In this document: positions 44,444-54,447 of the stretch, one piece after another | Numbering within the stretch: the first letter of the stretch is position 1 | Layout of the letters: every line of letters begins with the position of its first letter | DNA from: Eubacteriales bacterium | Lineage (GTDB): Bacteria > Bacillota > Clostridia > Oscillospirales > CAG-272 | DNA length: 64,000 nt | Direction of reading: 5' to 3' | Assembly: GCA_045632305.1 (NCBI GenBank) | Contig: JAZQWL010000043.1 | Span: forward strand, 917-64,916 | Notes under the pieces: generated by a model | What the model was told of the DNA's origin: nothing | Databases searched by the model: none | Seen by the model: the letters and a program-made list of their open reading frames with translations, nothing else | Made by a program: the position numbers and the translations under genes

Positions 44444-47400
44444 TTAATACTTGGACGTTGATGTGATCTCCTCGCCGTTTATCAGCTTCTGCGCATCGGA
44501 AATTATCTTCTGCGAAAATGAGCTTAAAACGTAGAACGAGCCGTATGCTGCCTCGGAGCTTGACTCTCCGCCATCGCCCAAAACCTCAATGGTTATATAG
44601 GCGCGTCTTTCCGTGTACTGATAAAATCTGTAAACGATATTTCTCTCGTTGCCGTAAAGATCGCGTCCGAGAACCGTGAGCTTCAGTATGCAGGGATTGT
44701 TTGCCGTATTATCCTTGAAGCTGTCCATTTCGCGGAATGCCTGCATTTCCTCGTCGGTAAGGTCTGCCATACCCTCGAGAGACGCGTAAAGAAGTCCTTT
44801 ATAGAACTGTCTGAAATTATATACCTCATCGCGGGTATTTTGTACGCCCGACTGAGTTACGGTGTCAAATTCATAAGAGAGAGGGTTGCCGTTGACGTAG
44901 ACACGGGCGCCCTGAGAATTGGATTTTGTGGGCGACATTACACCCCAATCGCCGCTTTCCTCGTCAATAATTACAAATTCACGAGTTTCGGTTACGAAAT
45001 ATGCGCCGCGCATCCATACACCGACCGTGTAATCCGATGCGGTTGCATTTTCCCACGCCTTTTTAGAGGCGCGATAGACTTCAACTCTGTTGCTTTCATA
45101 ATTATATCGGATCTTTCCGTTGCCTGTGGAATAGTAGAATTCCTCGTGTGAGCTTACGCCCCCCGCGGAGCTATACTCGGGAGCTACTCTTACAGCATTT
45201 GCCACAAGAGAAGACTCGTTTCTGTCTCCAAAATAAAGTCCGCAGCCGAAATCGTCGATCTGCGACCATTCGCCGCTCGTCTTGTCGACCAGGATATATT
45301 TGCCTTCAGCGGTAACGAAGACGCTTCCGCTGTGCCATGCGCCGTGCTTTGTGTCGGCATATCTCTCTGTGAGTATTTTACCCACATAAGAGCTTCTTGA
45401 TGCAAAGAACATCTGCGCTTTGTCGGTGACAAAATATTCCGAGGAATAGATCACCTCGCCGTTTATCTGGCTTGCGCTGCCTATCTGGTTGCCGGACGTA
45501 TCCGTGAGAACAGCCGTTGCCGCAAGGGAATATCCGCCGCCGCTGTAAATTACGTTATATCCGTAATGGATTATAGCGTCGCTTTCACCGTCGCCGTCGC
45601 GGTCTGCCTCTCCGGTTTCCATAATAATGAATTTTTCATTTTCGGGAGTTCCCTTAACGTAAGGAATGGAGGAGATCATATAGTCGCCGTAGAAGGTCGG
45701 AGCTACCTGATCATTGCCGCAGAACAGAGAATATTTACCCGTCGCGGTCTTCTTTATATCGAATTTTTTGCCGTCGAGAGCGGTAAAGACGCCGCTCGCT
45801 CCCTGAATATACGTTGCGACCTTACTTCCCGAGTTGTCGAAGAAGAAATTTGCGTTGAAATTCGGGGATTCTATTTTAATATCGGTTATATATCCGATAT
45901 CGAGCTGAACGTACTGAGTATCGTACCACTTGGAATCGTCCCATTCGAGAAAATCAAGGTACCCCTCGTCGATGAGCACGATCATATCGTAGGTGTCGGA
46001 ATACGCGTAGTAGCATCCGTCGGCATTTTTCTCACTTACCGAGAAGGCGTTATACACATACGACTTATTGCCGTCCTTATCGTTCGGCGCGTCATGGTAG
46101 AGAAATTCAATATAGTATTCCGACTCGTCGAGCTTATATTTTGCTATATCCTCGTCGGTGGGATTGAGCTTTACTACCTCAACAAACTCCATAAACGCGA
46201 GCTTATAGAGCATGCTGTCGATGTTTGAGCTGTTTACGTAATAACCTTTTGTGTATTCAATATGCGAAACGTATGGAATCGTCGCGTACATTGAGTTTTC
46301 ACGCTCGGAAAGATCCGAGAAGGAGAAATCACAGATCTTTTTACTGTATTTTTCGAAAATTTCGGCATATTTTTCCTGAAGCTCGGGGTGGGAAGCAAAA
46401 TACTCCTCAAGCTCCTCGGCGTTCATGCCTGCGGTATCGTTGGAATGGAGCGCGGAAAATTCCTCTTCTATCTTGGCGTAGTCGATATTGGTCGAAACCT
46501 TGAAGTTTGACACGTCAAAATAAGAATTCTGCGCCATTGGATAAATTATCATAGGTGTTACGAGCGCTTCAATCGGACGAAGAAGAATGTCGGAGATTCC
46601 GCTCTTGCCGAGAATATAGATTCTGTCGCGCGCCTCTACGGGTACAAGCGAGCCGTTTCCGTCAAGCACCATGCCACCCTCGTATTTTGCGTAATATCCC
46701 TCGCCCGAAACGATGGGATCTCCGATAATGACCGTATGATACTCGCCCGTCATGGCGGTTATAGTGTATACCGCGGGCTTGTAGGTATATCTTACGGTTA
46801 TCTCGTTGCCGTCATCGTCAAGCTCCGTCTTCTCCCTCTCTTCGTCCGTCAAGCCGTATTCGGAGAGATCGACCTTGCCACTGTCAAGAAGCTTGGGGCT
46901 TTTGAGCGTATCCATAGAGAGGGTGTAGCCGCATGCAACCGCAAGTGATGCAAAGGATTCCCGATTATATGAAAGATCCTCTCTTCCCTTGATGACGAAA
47001 TTCATATTTTCGTCGCGCAGGAAGGTGTAACCGCCGTGCTCGTTGGATATTTCTATGGATTTTATTATTCTGGACTGATCGGATGTGGAAAACTGATCGT
47101 ACGTCATCTGCTTGAACATGAGAAGCCGTCCCGATGCTCCGCGTATCTCGTCCTTGTGCATATATTTTACGTCGTCGACGTAAATTACGTCGAGCACCTC
47201 GCCCGTCGCGGGATCTATTTTTATCTGCGTGCCGATTTTGGTCACAAAATAACCGTCGGGGCTTATGTCACACGCCTCTCCGCTCTTGAAATAGACCGAA
47301 TAGACGTCGTTATTCTTTTTTAAGTAGTATATTTCACCGTCGATATCAACAAATCGGTAAATGTCTGCAATATAATTGACAACAGCGAGCGCGACCGCGA

Positions 47401-47725
47401 GAAGAATTACGGCGATCACCATAATTATTATCGCTTTTTTCTGCTTTTTTAACATGGAGGATTTCTTTTTTCTTTGTAAAATTACACTTTCCTCAAGGAT
47501 CCATCTTGCGTAAAGCTCGTCGCATTCGAGAATTTTCTGATCGTTATCGAGTATCCTCTCGCCGCCCGTGACCTTTGTGTACCATCCGTCGAAGACGTAG
47601 CCGCGTCTTTTGGGGGCCGGAAGGGAGAACTCTTCCCCGACCTTTATTTCAATTGATTTTGTATTACATTTTCCGCCTGCAGAATTTAGTAAAATACTTT
47701 TTACGTTTCCGTCTGTTATAGGCAT
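44444..47725 (-). CDS. 1093-aa membrane-anchored protein: N-terminal InlB-B-like repeat, single TM, DUF4340-like extracellular domains
   Basis: PKRRGYVFDGWYT...LYARW repeat motif; basic stretch then TM; DLSEYGL...VIIGD..GYYAK DUF4340-like segment; last gene of the Gld-like operon. Confidence 0.6.
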   Translation of the reverse strand: MPITDGNVKSILLNSAGGKCNTKSIEIKVGEEFSLPAPKRRGYVFDGWYTKVTGGERILDNDQKILECDELYARWILEESVILQRKKKSSMLKKQKKAIIIMVIAVILLAVALAVVNYIADIYRFVDIDGEIYYLKKNNDVYSVYFKSGEACDISPDGYFVTKIGTQIKIDPATGEVLDVIYVDDVKYMHKDEIRGASGRLLMFKQMTYDQFSTSDQSRIIKSIEISNEHGGYTFLRDENMNFVIKGREDLSYNRESFASLAVACGYTLSMDTLKSPKLLDSGKVDLSEYGLTDEEREKTELDDDGNEITVRYTYKPAVYTITAMTGEYHTVIIGDPIVSGEGYYAKYEGGMVLDGNGSLVPVEARDRIYILGKSGISDILLRPIEALVTPMIIYPMAQNSYFDVSNFKVSTNIDYAKIEEEFSALHSNDTAGMNAEELEEYFASHPELQEKYAEIFEKYSKKICDFSFSDLSERENSMYATIPYVSHIEYTKGYYVNSSNIDSMLYKLAFMEFVEVVKLNPTDEDIAKYKLDESEYYIEFLYHDAPNDKDGNKSYVYNAFSVSEKNADGCYYAYSDTYDMIVLIDEGYLDFLEWDDSKWYDTQYVQLDIGYITDIKIESPNFNANFFFDNSGSKVATYIQGASGVFTALDGKKFDIKKTATGKYSLFCGNDQVAPTFYGDYMISSIPYVKGTPENEKFIIMETGEADRDGDGESDAIIHYGYNVIYSGGGYSLAATAVLTDTSGNQIGSASQINGEVIYSSEYFVTDKAQMFFASRSSYVGKILTERYADTKHGAWHSGSVFVTAEGKYILVDKTSGEWSQIDDFGCGLYFGDRNESSLVANAVRVAPEYSSAGGVSSHEEFYYSTGNGKIRYNYESNRVEVYRASKKAWENATASDYTVGVWMRGAYFVTETREFVIIDEESGDWGVMSPTKSNSQGARVYVNGNPLSYEFDTVTQSGVQNTRDEVYNFRQFYKGLLYASLEGMADLTDEEMQAFREMDSFKDNTANNPCILKLTVLGRDLYGNERNIVYRFYQYTERRAYITIEVLGDGGESSSEAAYGSFYVLSSFSQKIISDAQKLINGEEITSTSKY

Positions 47726-47752
47726 TTGCGTTTTTCCTTTCAGAGATTGCGC

Positions 47753-49465
47753 TTATTTATTCTTTCTCTTGATGCATACCACAGCTCCGACGCCAAGAAT
47801 GAGCGCGGGGGGTATAATTGCCATAATAAGCATATAAGTCGTTGCCTGCTTCTGAGTCAGAAGTCCCCCTTGTATATCGTAAATATAGAAGGGCTTGATG
47901 TCAATGTTTACGGGTACGATCTCACGGCTTGTGTGTCTCAGCGCCGAGAGAAGGATATCCGTATTTCCGTAGGATTTTGAGTTGAGCGCGTCGTTTTTGA
48001 AGAAATCTGTCGACGCGGCTGCCAGAACGTAGGACGCATTATTTACGGAATTGTAGCTGTCCTCCTGGATCTCGCGTATCTCCTCGGTTATCGTCATAAG
48101 ACTGAAGCGCTTGTTTGCCGACGCCATATCGTACACGTGTCCGTCAAGCATGCTCGTGGCATTTTCGTAGGTCGTGAAGACGTTGTACATGCTTCTCGAT
48201 ACGCCGTTTTTGTAGTATTTATAGAATTCGTATGATTCGATTCCCTTTTCTTCATCGGGTAAAACGTAGGTGGTCGTGTAGCTGTCAGGGCGCGCGATGT
48301 GTCCTGTGTGGGGGAAAACCGCCTTAGGCGGATAGGAAAGCGAGAGAAGATCCTCGCATATAGATGCGCCACGTCCTTCTGTCGCGTACTGACCGAGAAC
48401 CGAGTAGCCGTCGCCGTCCGTATTCATTGCATCGTCGCGTATGATTTGTCCTACGGGCGCGCCTGCAACGTTTTCGCGGGCGATCACAACTCCCCATTCC
48501 TCCAGATATTCGTCGAGGTTTTTAAGCGCGGGGGTGTCGGGATCGGCTATATACATAAAGCTATTTGATCCGTCAAGGAATCGGTCGAGCTTTTCAATTT
48601 CACTGACTCCGCTCTCGCCGATATTTCCAAATGCGCGAAAATCCTCCTTGGGATTGAAGGTGACTATCATTCTGCAATCTGCGGGTATTTCGTCGGTCTC
48701 AAGGTTGATGGGCTGCGGTATATATCCCGCGCCCTCGATAAGGGACATAAATGCGGTGTATTCGGGATTTATGCCCCCGTCGGGCATATAGATATCCTCA
48801 CCGTGATTCGTCGTGATACACAGTATCGGTGCTTCCGCGCGGGTTACCGATAGGATGGAAGAGGCGAATCTCTTTTCACCGTTATAAGCCCATGGCGCTT
48901 CCGAGTCGGAATTTGCCGTAAAGAACGCCTTGTAGCTGAGCACCGTGTATTCCGAGCCGAATTCAACGATAACGTTCGACGGATAGATATTTGCCGCGGA
49001 CGTTACCTTATATTTCTGAACGGCGGTGGGGTTTTTTTCGATATTTATATAGTCCACGTTGATGTGGTCGGGAAATTCCTTTTCGAGATGGCGCGCGGTA
49101 TAGGATATATACCGCATAAGCTCCTCGGATTCGATAAGGTCGCTTTCCGCGCAGAAAATTATGTTGAGCTTAAGATCCTCACCGTCATTTCCCGAATTTG
49201 CCTTATCTATCATGGGGATCGCTTCACGTGCTATGAGGTCGCGCGTGGTATTCGTAAGAGTATACATTGTCGCGTCTATTGTGTTATATCTCGTTTCGGT
49301 AAGATCCGAGACCCAGAGATATTTATACGCAAGAGTGCTGAAGGCAATATTTACTATAAGGACCGCGAGTGCGACTATTGCCGTTACTACCATTATTTTC
49401 CTGCGGCTTTTTCTTTTGCGCTTAACGCTTTTTTCATATTCCGCGATAGCTTCTCTGCTGTCCAT
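47753..49465 (-). CDS. GldG-like ABC transporter auxiliary protein
   Basis: N- and C-terminal TMs; DLT..YTLT, AYNGEKRF, TTNHGE and P..DF...E.EKLD.FL motifs. Confidence 0.72.
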   Translation of the reverse strand: MDSREAIAEYEKSVKRKRKSRRKIMVVTAIVALAVLIVNIAFSTLAYKYLWVSDLTETRYNTIDATMYTLTNTTRDLIAREAIPMIDKANSGNDGEDLKLNIIFCAESDLIESEELMRYISYTARHLEKEFPDHINVDYINIEKNPTAVQKYKVTSAANIYPSNVIVEFGSEYTVLSYKAFFTANSDSEAPWAYNGEKRFASSILSVTRAEAPILCITTNHGEDIYMPDGGINPEYTAFMSLIEGAGYIPQPINLETDEIPADCRMIVTFNPKEDFRAFGNIGESGVSEIEKLDRFLDGSNSFMYIADPDTPALKNLDEYLEEWGVVIARENVAGAPVGQIIRDDAMNTDGDGYSVLGQYATEGRGASICEDLLSLSYPPKAVFPHTGHIARPDSYTTTYVLPDEEKGIESYEFYKYYKNGVSRSMYNVFTTYENATSMLDGHVYDMASANKRFSLMTITEEIREIQEDSYNSVNNASYVLAAASTDFFKNDALNSKSYGNTDILLSALRHTSREIVPVNIDIKPFYIYDIQGGLLTQKQATTYMLIMAIIPPALILGVGAVVCIKRKNK

Positions 49466-49532
49466 ACTGTAAATACTCCTTTCTTTTATTATTTGAGGTT
49501 ATCAAGACTGTATTCCTTTGATCAATTCTGTT

Positions 49533-51059
49533 TTATGCTCTGTTTTTTCTCTTTATGAGGATCACCGCTCCGATCGTGGCGATGATAAGTGAGGGCACTG
49601 CCGCGCTGATAATTGTGATCAACGTGGCGTTTTTCACTGTCAGTGTCTTCATTTCGGTGGTTGGGAACGGCTTTGCTACAAGCTCTGTGGGTGCGTCGGT
49701 GTTCCCTGCGCGCTTCGCAATGCATGAAAGCGCCGCGGAGTTACCTAAGGACGCCGACTGTAACGCCTCAGTTCCCGCAAAGGACGTTGAGGCGCACGCC
49801 ATGACCGTTGCGGTTTTACCGTTTTCACATTCTGCTTCCGACAGCGACATAAGTGTAAAGGGCATATCCTTTGTGGATTTCTGTACAATTCTTCCGTTTG
49901 CCCAGCCCTCAGCGCCGTCGTGAGTGGTAAGGATGGGGGACATTTTTACTTTTCCGTCACCCGAGACGAAGCTGCCGTCACTTCCCTTCGCAAAGCCCTC
50001 CGCGGGCTCGATCGCGGTAGCGCCGCCGAAGATGATTCGTGATTTTATGTTCCCGAGAACGTCATTTGCGGTGTTATTTTCGGCAACCCTTGCGAATATC
50101 GTATATCCGTCGATGCTTGTGGAGTTATTTGCATCCTTGATTTGAATGCATTCCTCAAGTCCTTCGCTGTTTTCACTGTGGAAAAATTCAATTCCGTATT
50201 TTCCAAGCAGGTTTTCAAATTCGTCGAGAGAGCCCGAGAGGAAGGTATCCGCAGACGCGAAAAACCAGAGATTACCACCGTTTTGGAGGTAGCTTTCGAG
50301 CTTTTGCTTCTCGGAGATGCCCGATATTGAGCTTTTTTGTGTAAGATCCTGTCTCGGATCGAAGGTTACAAGAAGCTGACAGTCATCGGGGATATCGTAG
50401 GACATAAGGTCGAGATAGGTGTAATTGTAGCCCGCGTCCGCAAGCATGTAGAGAAGCTCGTAGCTCTCGACCGTCTCGCCGTGATTTACGGTAATATAGC
50501 ACATGGGGTTATTTTCTCTTACAACCTTAAGAAGTCCTGCGGCAATTCTCTTTTCGCCGTTGTATGCCGTGGCAATCTGCGTCTGCTCGTTCCACAAATA
50601 GAAGTCCGATCGCGATATTACCTCGCATCTGTCACCGTAAACGACGGCAACGTCGGTCGAGCTTTTAACCCCGTATTTTCTTGCAAGCTTCGGGTTTTCC
50701 CATGCGTTGAGAAAATCTACGCGTATTTTTCCATCGAACGCCTCCTCGATCATTTTGGCGGATGTGAGAATGTTTTTTGAATCCTCGTCCGCTTCGATTA
50801 CCCCGGCGTCGTCACAGAAATATATGGTTACGCTATCCCCGTCGGGAATTTTTTTGATAACCGTGTTTTCAATATAATCTATACAAGCGTCTGTCACGTC
50901 GTACGTGGGATCGTTCGACAGCCGCGTGTACAGAGAAAATTTGTACGCAAGCGCCGTGAATGCGACGTTGAATATTATCACCGCCGCCAGAGTCAGCATT
51001 GTTACGGTAAGGGATACCGCGCCAAGCTTCAGCTTGCGATTATTTATTTTTCTTTTCAT
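49533..51059 (-). CDS. Second GldG-like ABC transporter auxiliary protein
   Basis: Same architecture: AYNGEKRI, TVNHGE, DPRQDL, C-terminal TM plus KRK. Confidence 0.72.
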   Translation of the reverse strand: MKRKINNRKLKLGAVSLTVTMLTLAAVIIFNVAFTALAYKFSLYTRLSNDPTYDVTDACIDYIENTVIKKIPDGDSVTIYFCDDAGVIEADEDSKNILTSAKMIEEAFDGKIRVDFLNAWENPKLARKYGVKSSTDVAVVYGDRCEVISRSDFYLWNEQTQIATAYNGEKRIAAGLLKVVRENNPMCYITVNHGETVESYELLYMLADAGYNYTYLDLMSYDIPDDCQLLVTFDPRQDLTQKSSISGISEKQKLESYLQNGGNLWFFASADTFLSGSLDEFENLLGKYGIEFFHSENSEGLEECIQIKDANNSTSIDGYTIFARVAENNTANDVLGNIKSRIIFGGATAIEPAEGFAKGSDGSFVSGDGKVKMSPILTTHDGAEGWANGRIVQKSTKDMPFTLMSLSEAECENGKTATVMACASTSFAGTEALQSASLGNSAALSCIAKRAGNTDAPTELVAKPFPTTEMKTLTVKNATLITIISAAVPSLIIATIGAVILIKRKNRA

Positions 51060-51097
51060 TGGCTTTTATGCTCCAAAAACAGTTTTATAGATTGAAA

Positions 51098-51844
51098 TCA
51101 GCCCCAACGGCGTTTTTCGTATACTCTGATGGTAACAAATACGAAGACGAATGCTATTGAGCAATAGTAAAGAAGCGCCGCCCAATCGAAGATTCCCGCC
51201 GAGAAATTACCGAATCTGCCGAGAACTGAGATCCAGTTGAGAGTGTTTCGGATAAATTGGACGTTGATAAGCGGTGAGATGACGCCTATGAGAACGAGCG
51301 CAAGAATGACGGACACGGTTATAACCGCCGCCGCAAGCTGATTTTCGGTAAGAGCGGAGATGAGTGTGCCTATCGCGATAAATGCCGCGCCGATAAGAGC
51401 AATTCCTATAAGAGAGCCGAGAAGCTGACTTGTCTGCGGGCCGATCTGAACCGTATTGTATGCCTGGTGTCCGCGCTCAATGCTTGCAAGTGCGTAGAGT
51501 GGAATGAAATTTAGGCACGAGAGTGCAAGACATGAGAGAAACATAGTAAGAGCAGCAAAATATTTTCCGAGTACCATGCCCGTAATGGTAACGGGAGAGG
51601 TCAGGAGAAGCTGCTCGGTTCTCATTTTTCTCTCTTCCGCGAAAAGCCGCATGGTAAGGAGCGGAATAAGAACTATGAGTGCAAATATCATAATTGTAAA
51701 ATATGTCGACGTATCGTAGCTCTGTGAGAGATACGTCGTATAACCGAAGAAAATCGCGGAGAAAAGCAGAAAAATTCCTGCAAAAACATATCCCACGGGA
51801 TTTATGAAATACGAAAGCATTTCCTTTTTGTATATAGCAAACAT
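51098..51844 (-). CDS. GldF-like ABC-2 permease
   Basis: MFAIYKKEM..YF..P.GY, PLLTMRLFAEERK..TEQLLLTSP and TENQ motifs. Confidence 0.85.
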   Translation of the reverse strand: MFAIYKKEMLSYFINPVGYVFAGIFLLFSAIFFGYTTYLSQSYDTSTYFTIMIFALIVLIPLLTMRLFAEERKMRTEQLLLTSPVTITGMVLGKYFAALTMFLSCLALSCLNFIPLYALASIERGHQAYNTVQIGPQTSQLLGSLIGIALIGAAFIAIGTLISALTENQLAAAVITVSVILALVLIGVISPLINVQFIRNTLNWISVLGRFGNFSAGIFDWAALLYYCSIAFVFVFVTIRVYEKRRWG

Positions 51845-51865
51845 GATTTAAACCTTTCCTTTTGG

Positions 51866-52921
51866 TTATTCGCCCTGCTCTGTTTTTGCGTTTTCGACAA
51901 GAGCTTGCGCTAAGTCGTCCTCAAGGCGTTCGCCGCGTCTTCTGCGTCTTTGCGCCCCGCGAGTATATTTTGCCGCGGACGAGACGTCGTTTGACTTTTC
52001 TACGACGGAAATAAAGATGTCCTCAAGACTTATGCCGAGGGCTTCAAGTCCGACAAGCGCCCAGCCGCGCTCTGCAAGAGAGAAAAATAACTTTTTTCGC
52101 ACGTCAATACCCGATTCGCATTCGATGGTGTACGAGTAAGCGTCCCCGTCGCGCTCCGAGGCGCAGTCCGCCATAAGAATACCGGGCGTGGATTTAAGCA
52201 TTGTGAGAACCTCCTTTTGAGGGCCACAGATCTTTGCGGTGAAGCGGCGGTTGTTTTCCACTGCGCGGGTAATGTTTTCGGTTTTTTCGTCAGCGACGAT
52301 TTTTCCTTTGTTTATAATGATAATTCGGTCGCATACCGCCTGAACCTCCTGCAGAATATGCGTCGAGAGGATGACCGTGTGGCTTTTTCCGAGCGTACGG
52401 ATAAGACTGCGGATCTCGATGATCTGCTTGGGGTCAAGACCAACCGTCGGCTCGTCGAAAATGATGACCTCGGGGTTTCCGATGAGCGCCTGAGCTATGC
52501 CGACTCTCTGTCTGTAGCCCTTCGAAAGATTGCGGATAAGACGGCGTCTTACGTCTGAAATCTTTGTAACCTCGCATATTTCGTTGAGGTGAGGTATTCT
52601 CGGATAGGTACAGCCCTTTAAGTTGTAGCTGAAGTTGAGATATTCGTCAACCGTCATATCGAGATATAGAGGGGGCTGCTCGGGGAGGTAGCCGATGAGC
52701 TTTTTTGCGCCGAGCGGATCGTTAAGTATATCTATCTCGTCAATGGAAACTCTGCCCGACGTTGCCGAGAGATATCCCGTGAGTATATTCATAGTAGTGG
52801 ATTTTCCTGCGCCGTTCGGTCCCAAAAATCCGACCGTTTCGCCGTGCTCTATTTTAACGCTGATCCCGTCAAGAGCGGTGTTATTTCCATAATTTTTTAC
52901 AAGATTTTCAATTACAATCAT
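51866..52921 (-). CDS. GldA-like ABC transporter ATPase
   Basis: GPNGAGKST, LSKGYRQRVGIAQAL and DEPTVGLDPKQI motifs. Confidence 0.9.
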   Translation of the reverse strand: MIVIENLVKNYGNNTALDGISVKIEHGETVGFLGPNGAGKSTTMNILTGYLSATSGRVSIDEIDILNDPLGAKKLIGYLPEQPPLYLDMTVDEYLNFSYNLKGCTYPRIPHLNEICEVTKISDVRRRLIRNLSKGYRQRVGIAQALIGNPEVIIFDEPTVGLDPKQIIEIRSLIRTLGKSHTVILSTHILQEVQAVCDRIIIINKGKIVADEKTENITRAVENNRRFTAKICGPQKEVLTMLKSTPGILMADCASERDGDAYSYTIECESGIDVRKKLFFSLAERGWALVGLEALGISLEDIFISVVEKSNDVSSAAKYTRGAQRRRRRGERLEDDLAQALVENAKTEQGE

Positions 52922-53069
52922 TTCAAAAGTCAACTTTCTTTACGCTAAAAGATAAAATGAATATAGTTTAACGTCTTATTATACACCTCAATTGTAAACT
53001 GATGATGAACATATAATAATATAATATTATTATTTGTATAGTTTTTAAGGGATTTGAGGCAAAAAGCTC

Positions 53070-53098
53070 TTGACTTAAAATTAAATTTTTGTTACAAT
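53070..53098 (+). promoter_or_regulatory. sigmaA promoter of ahcY-mnmG-rsmG
   Basis: TTGACT-17 nt-TACAAT with a TG extension. Confidence 0.7.
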
Positions 53099-53171
53099 AT
53101 AATGGGGATATATGGGTAAGCTTCCCCGAATGAACTGTAATTAAAATTTCAACATATACAGGAGACGTAAA

Positions 53172-54413
53172 ATGAGTAATATTAAAGACATCACGTTGGC
53201 TCCGTCGGGTACGGACAAGATCAATTGGGTAAGATCCTACATGCCCATCGTTGACAGAATTGAAAAGGAATTTATTAAAACTCAGCCCTTTGCGGGACTT
53301 AAGATCTCTATGTCCATTCACCTTGAGGCAAAAACTGCCCGCTTGGCTCACTGTCTTCGCGCAGGCGGTGCAACTGTTCGCGTAACCGGTTGCAATCCTC
53401 TCTCCACTCAGGATGACGTTGCGGCATCCTTGGCTGCAGACGGATTTGAGGTAAACGCTCACCACGGAGCGACCGAAGAGGAATACGTAAACGACTTGAA
53501 GGAAACACTCGCGCATTGTCCCGATCTTATTATCGATGACGGCGGCGACTTTATTGGACTTCTTCACGGTGAATGCCGTGAGCTCGGTAAGAACCTTATC
53601 GGCGGCTGTGAGGAGACCACAACGGGCATCCACCGCCTTTTCGCGCGTCAGGATGCAGGCCTTCTTGATTACACGATGATCGACGTAAATGACGCAGATT
53701 GCAAACATTTGTTCGATAACAGATACGGCACGGGTCAGTCCACGCTTGACGGCATTATGAACTCTACAAACCTTATGATTGCAGGAAAAACCGTTGTAAT
53801 TGCGGGCTTTGGCTGGTGCGGTAAGGGTCTTGCTATGAGAGCCAAGGGCATGGGCGCAAACGTAATTATCACCGAGATCGATCCCGTAAAGGCGATCGAG
53901 GCGGTAATGGAGGGCTACACCGTAATGACAATGGATAAGGCGGCTCCCCTCGGTGATCTTTTCGTAACTCTTACCGGATGTAACGATATTATCGTCGACA
54001 GACATTTTGCGGTTATGAAGGACGGTGTTCTTCTTGCAAACAGCGGACATTTTGACGTTGAGATCAACAAGCGCCAGCTTGCGGAAATGTCTGTGAAGAT
54101 CGAGACGAGAAAGCCCAACATCGTTGGTTACACAATGGCTGACGGCAGAGTTATCAACCTTCTTGCGGAGGGTAGACTTGTAAATCTCGCCGCAGGTAAC
54201 GGACACCCCGCGGAAATCATGGATATGAGCTTTGCTATTCAGGCAAAGTCTCTTGAGTATCTTGCGAAGAACCGCGGTAAGCTCGAAAAGAAGGTTTACG
54301 CGGTGCCCGCTGATATCGACCGAGAGGTTGCTGCGATCAAGCTCGAAACACTCGGAATTCAGATCGACGTGCTCACAGACGAGCAGAAGGAATACCTTAA
54401 CAAGGTTGAATAA
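53172..54413 (+). CDS. ahcY: S-adenosylhomocysteine hydrolase
   Basis: CNPLSTQD, IDDGGD, EETTTG, FDNRYGTGQS, GHFDVEI, EGRLVNL and GHP motifs. Confidence 0.96.
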   Translation: MSNIKDITLAPSGTDKINWVRSYMPIVDRIEKEFIKTQPFAGLKISMSIHLEAKTARLAHCLRAGGATVRVTGCNPLSTQDDVAASLAADGFEVNAHHGATEEEYVNDLKETLAHCPDLIIDDGGDFIGLLHGECRELGKNLIGGCEETTTGIHRLFARQDAGLLDYTMIDVNDADCKHLFDNRYGTGQSTLDGIMNSTNLMIAGKTVVIAGFGWCGKGLAMRAKGMGANVIITEIDPVKAIEAVMEGYTVMTMDKAAPLGDLFVTLTGCNDIIVDRHFAVMKDGVLLANSGHFDVEINKRQLAEMSVKIETRKPNIVGYTMADGRVINLLAEGRLVNLAAGNGHPAEIMDMSFAIQAKSLEYLAKNRGKLEKKVYAVPADIDREVAAIKLETLGIQIDVLTDEQKEYLNKVE

Positions 54414-54447
54414 ATAGGGATAAACCCTTTAAACATAAGGAAAAATT

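Noticed and set aside
53100..53171. SAH or SAM riboswitch upstream of ahcY
   Set aside because: There is only a short GGGGA...TCCCC hairpin in a ~70-nt leader, with no recognisable aptamer consensus.
52968..54206. 412-aa minus-strand ORF
   Set aside because: It is the antisense shadow of ahcY. The same applies to the long ORFs opposite infB, dnaB, ftsH, oppA/C/F, mnmG and serS.
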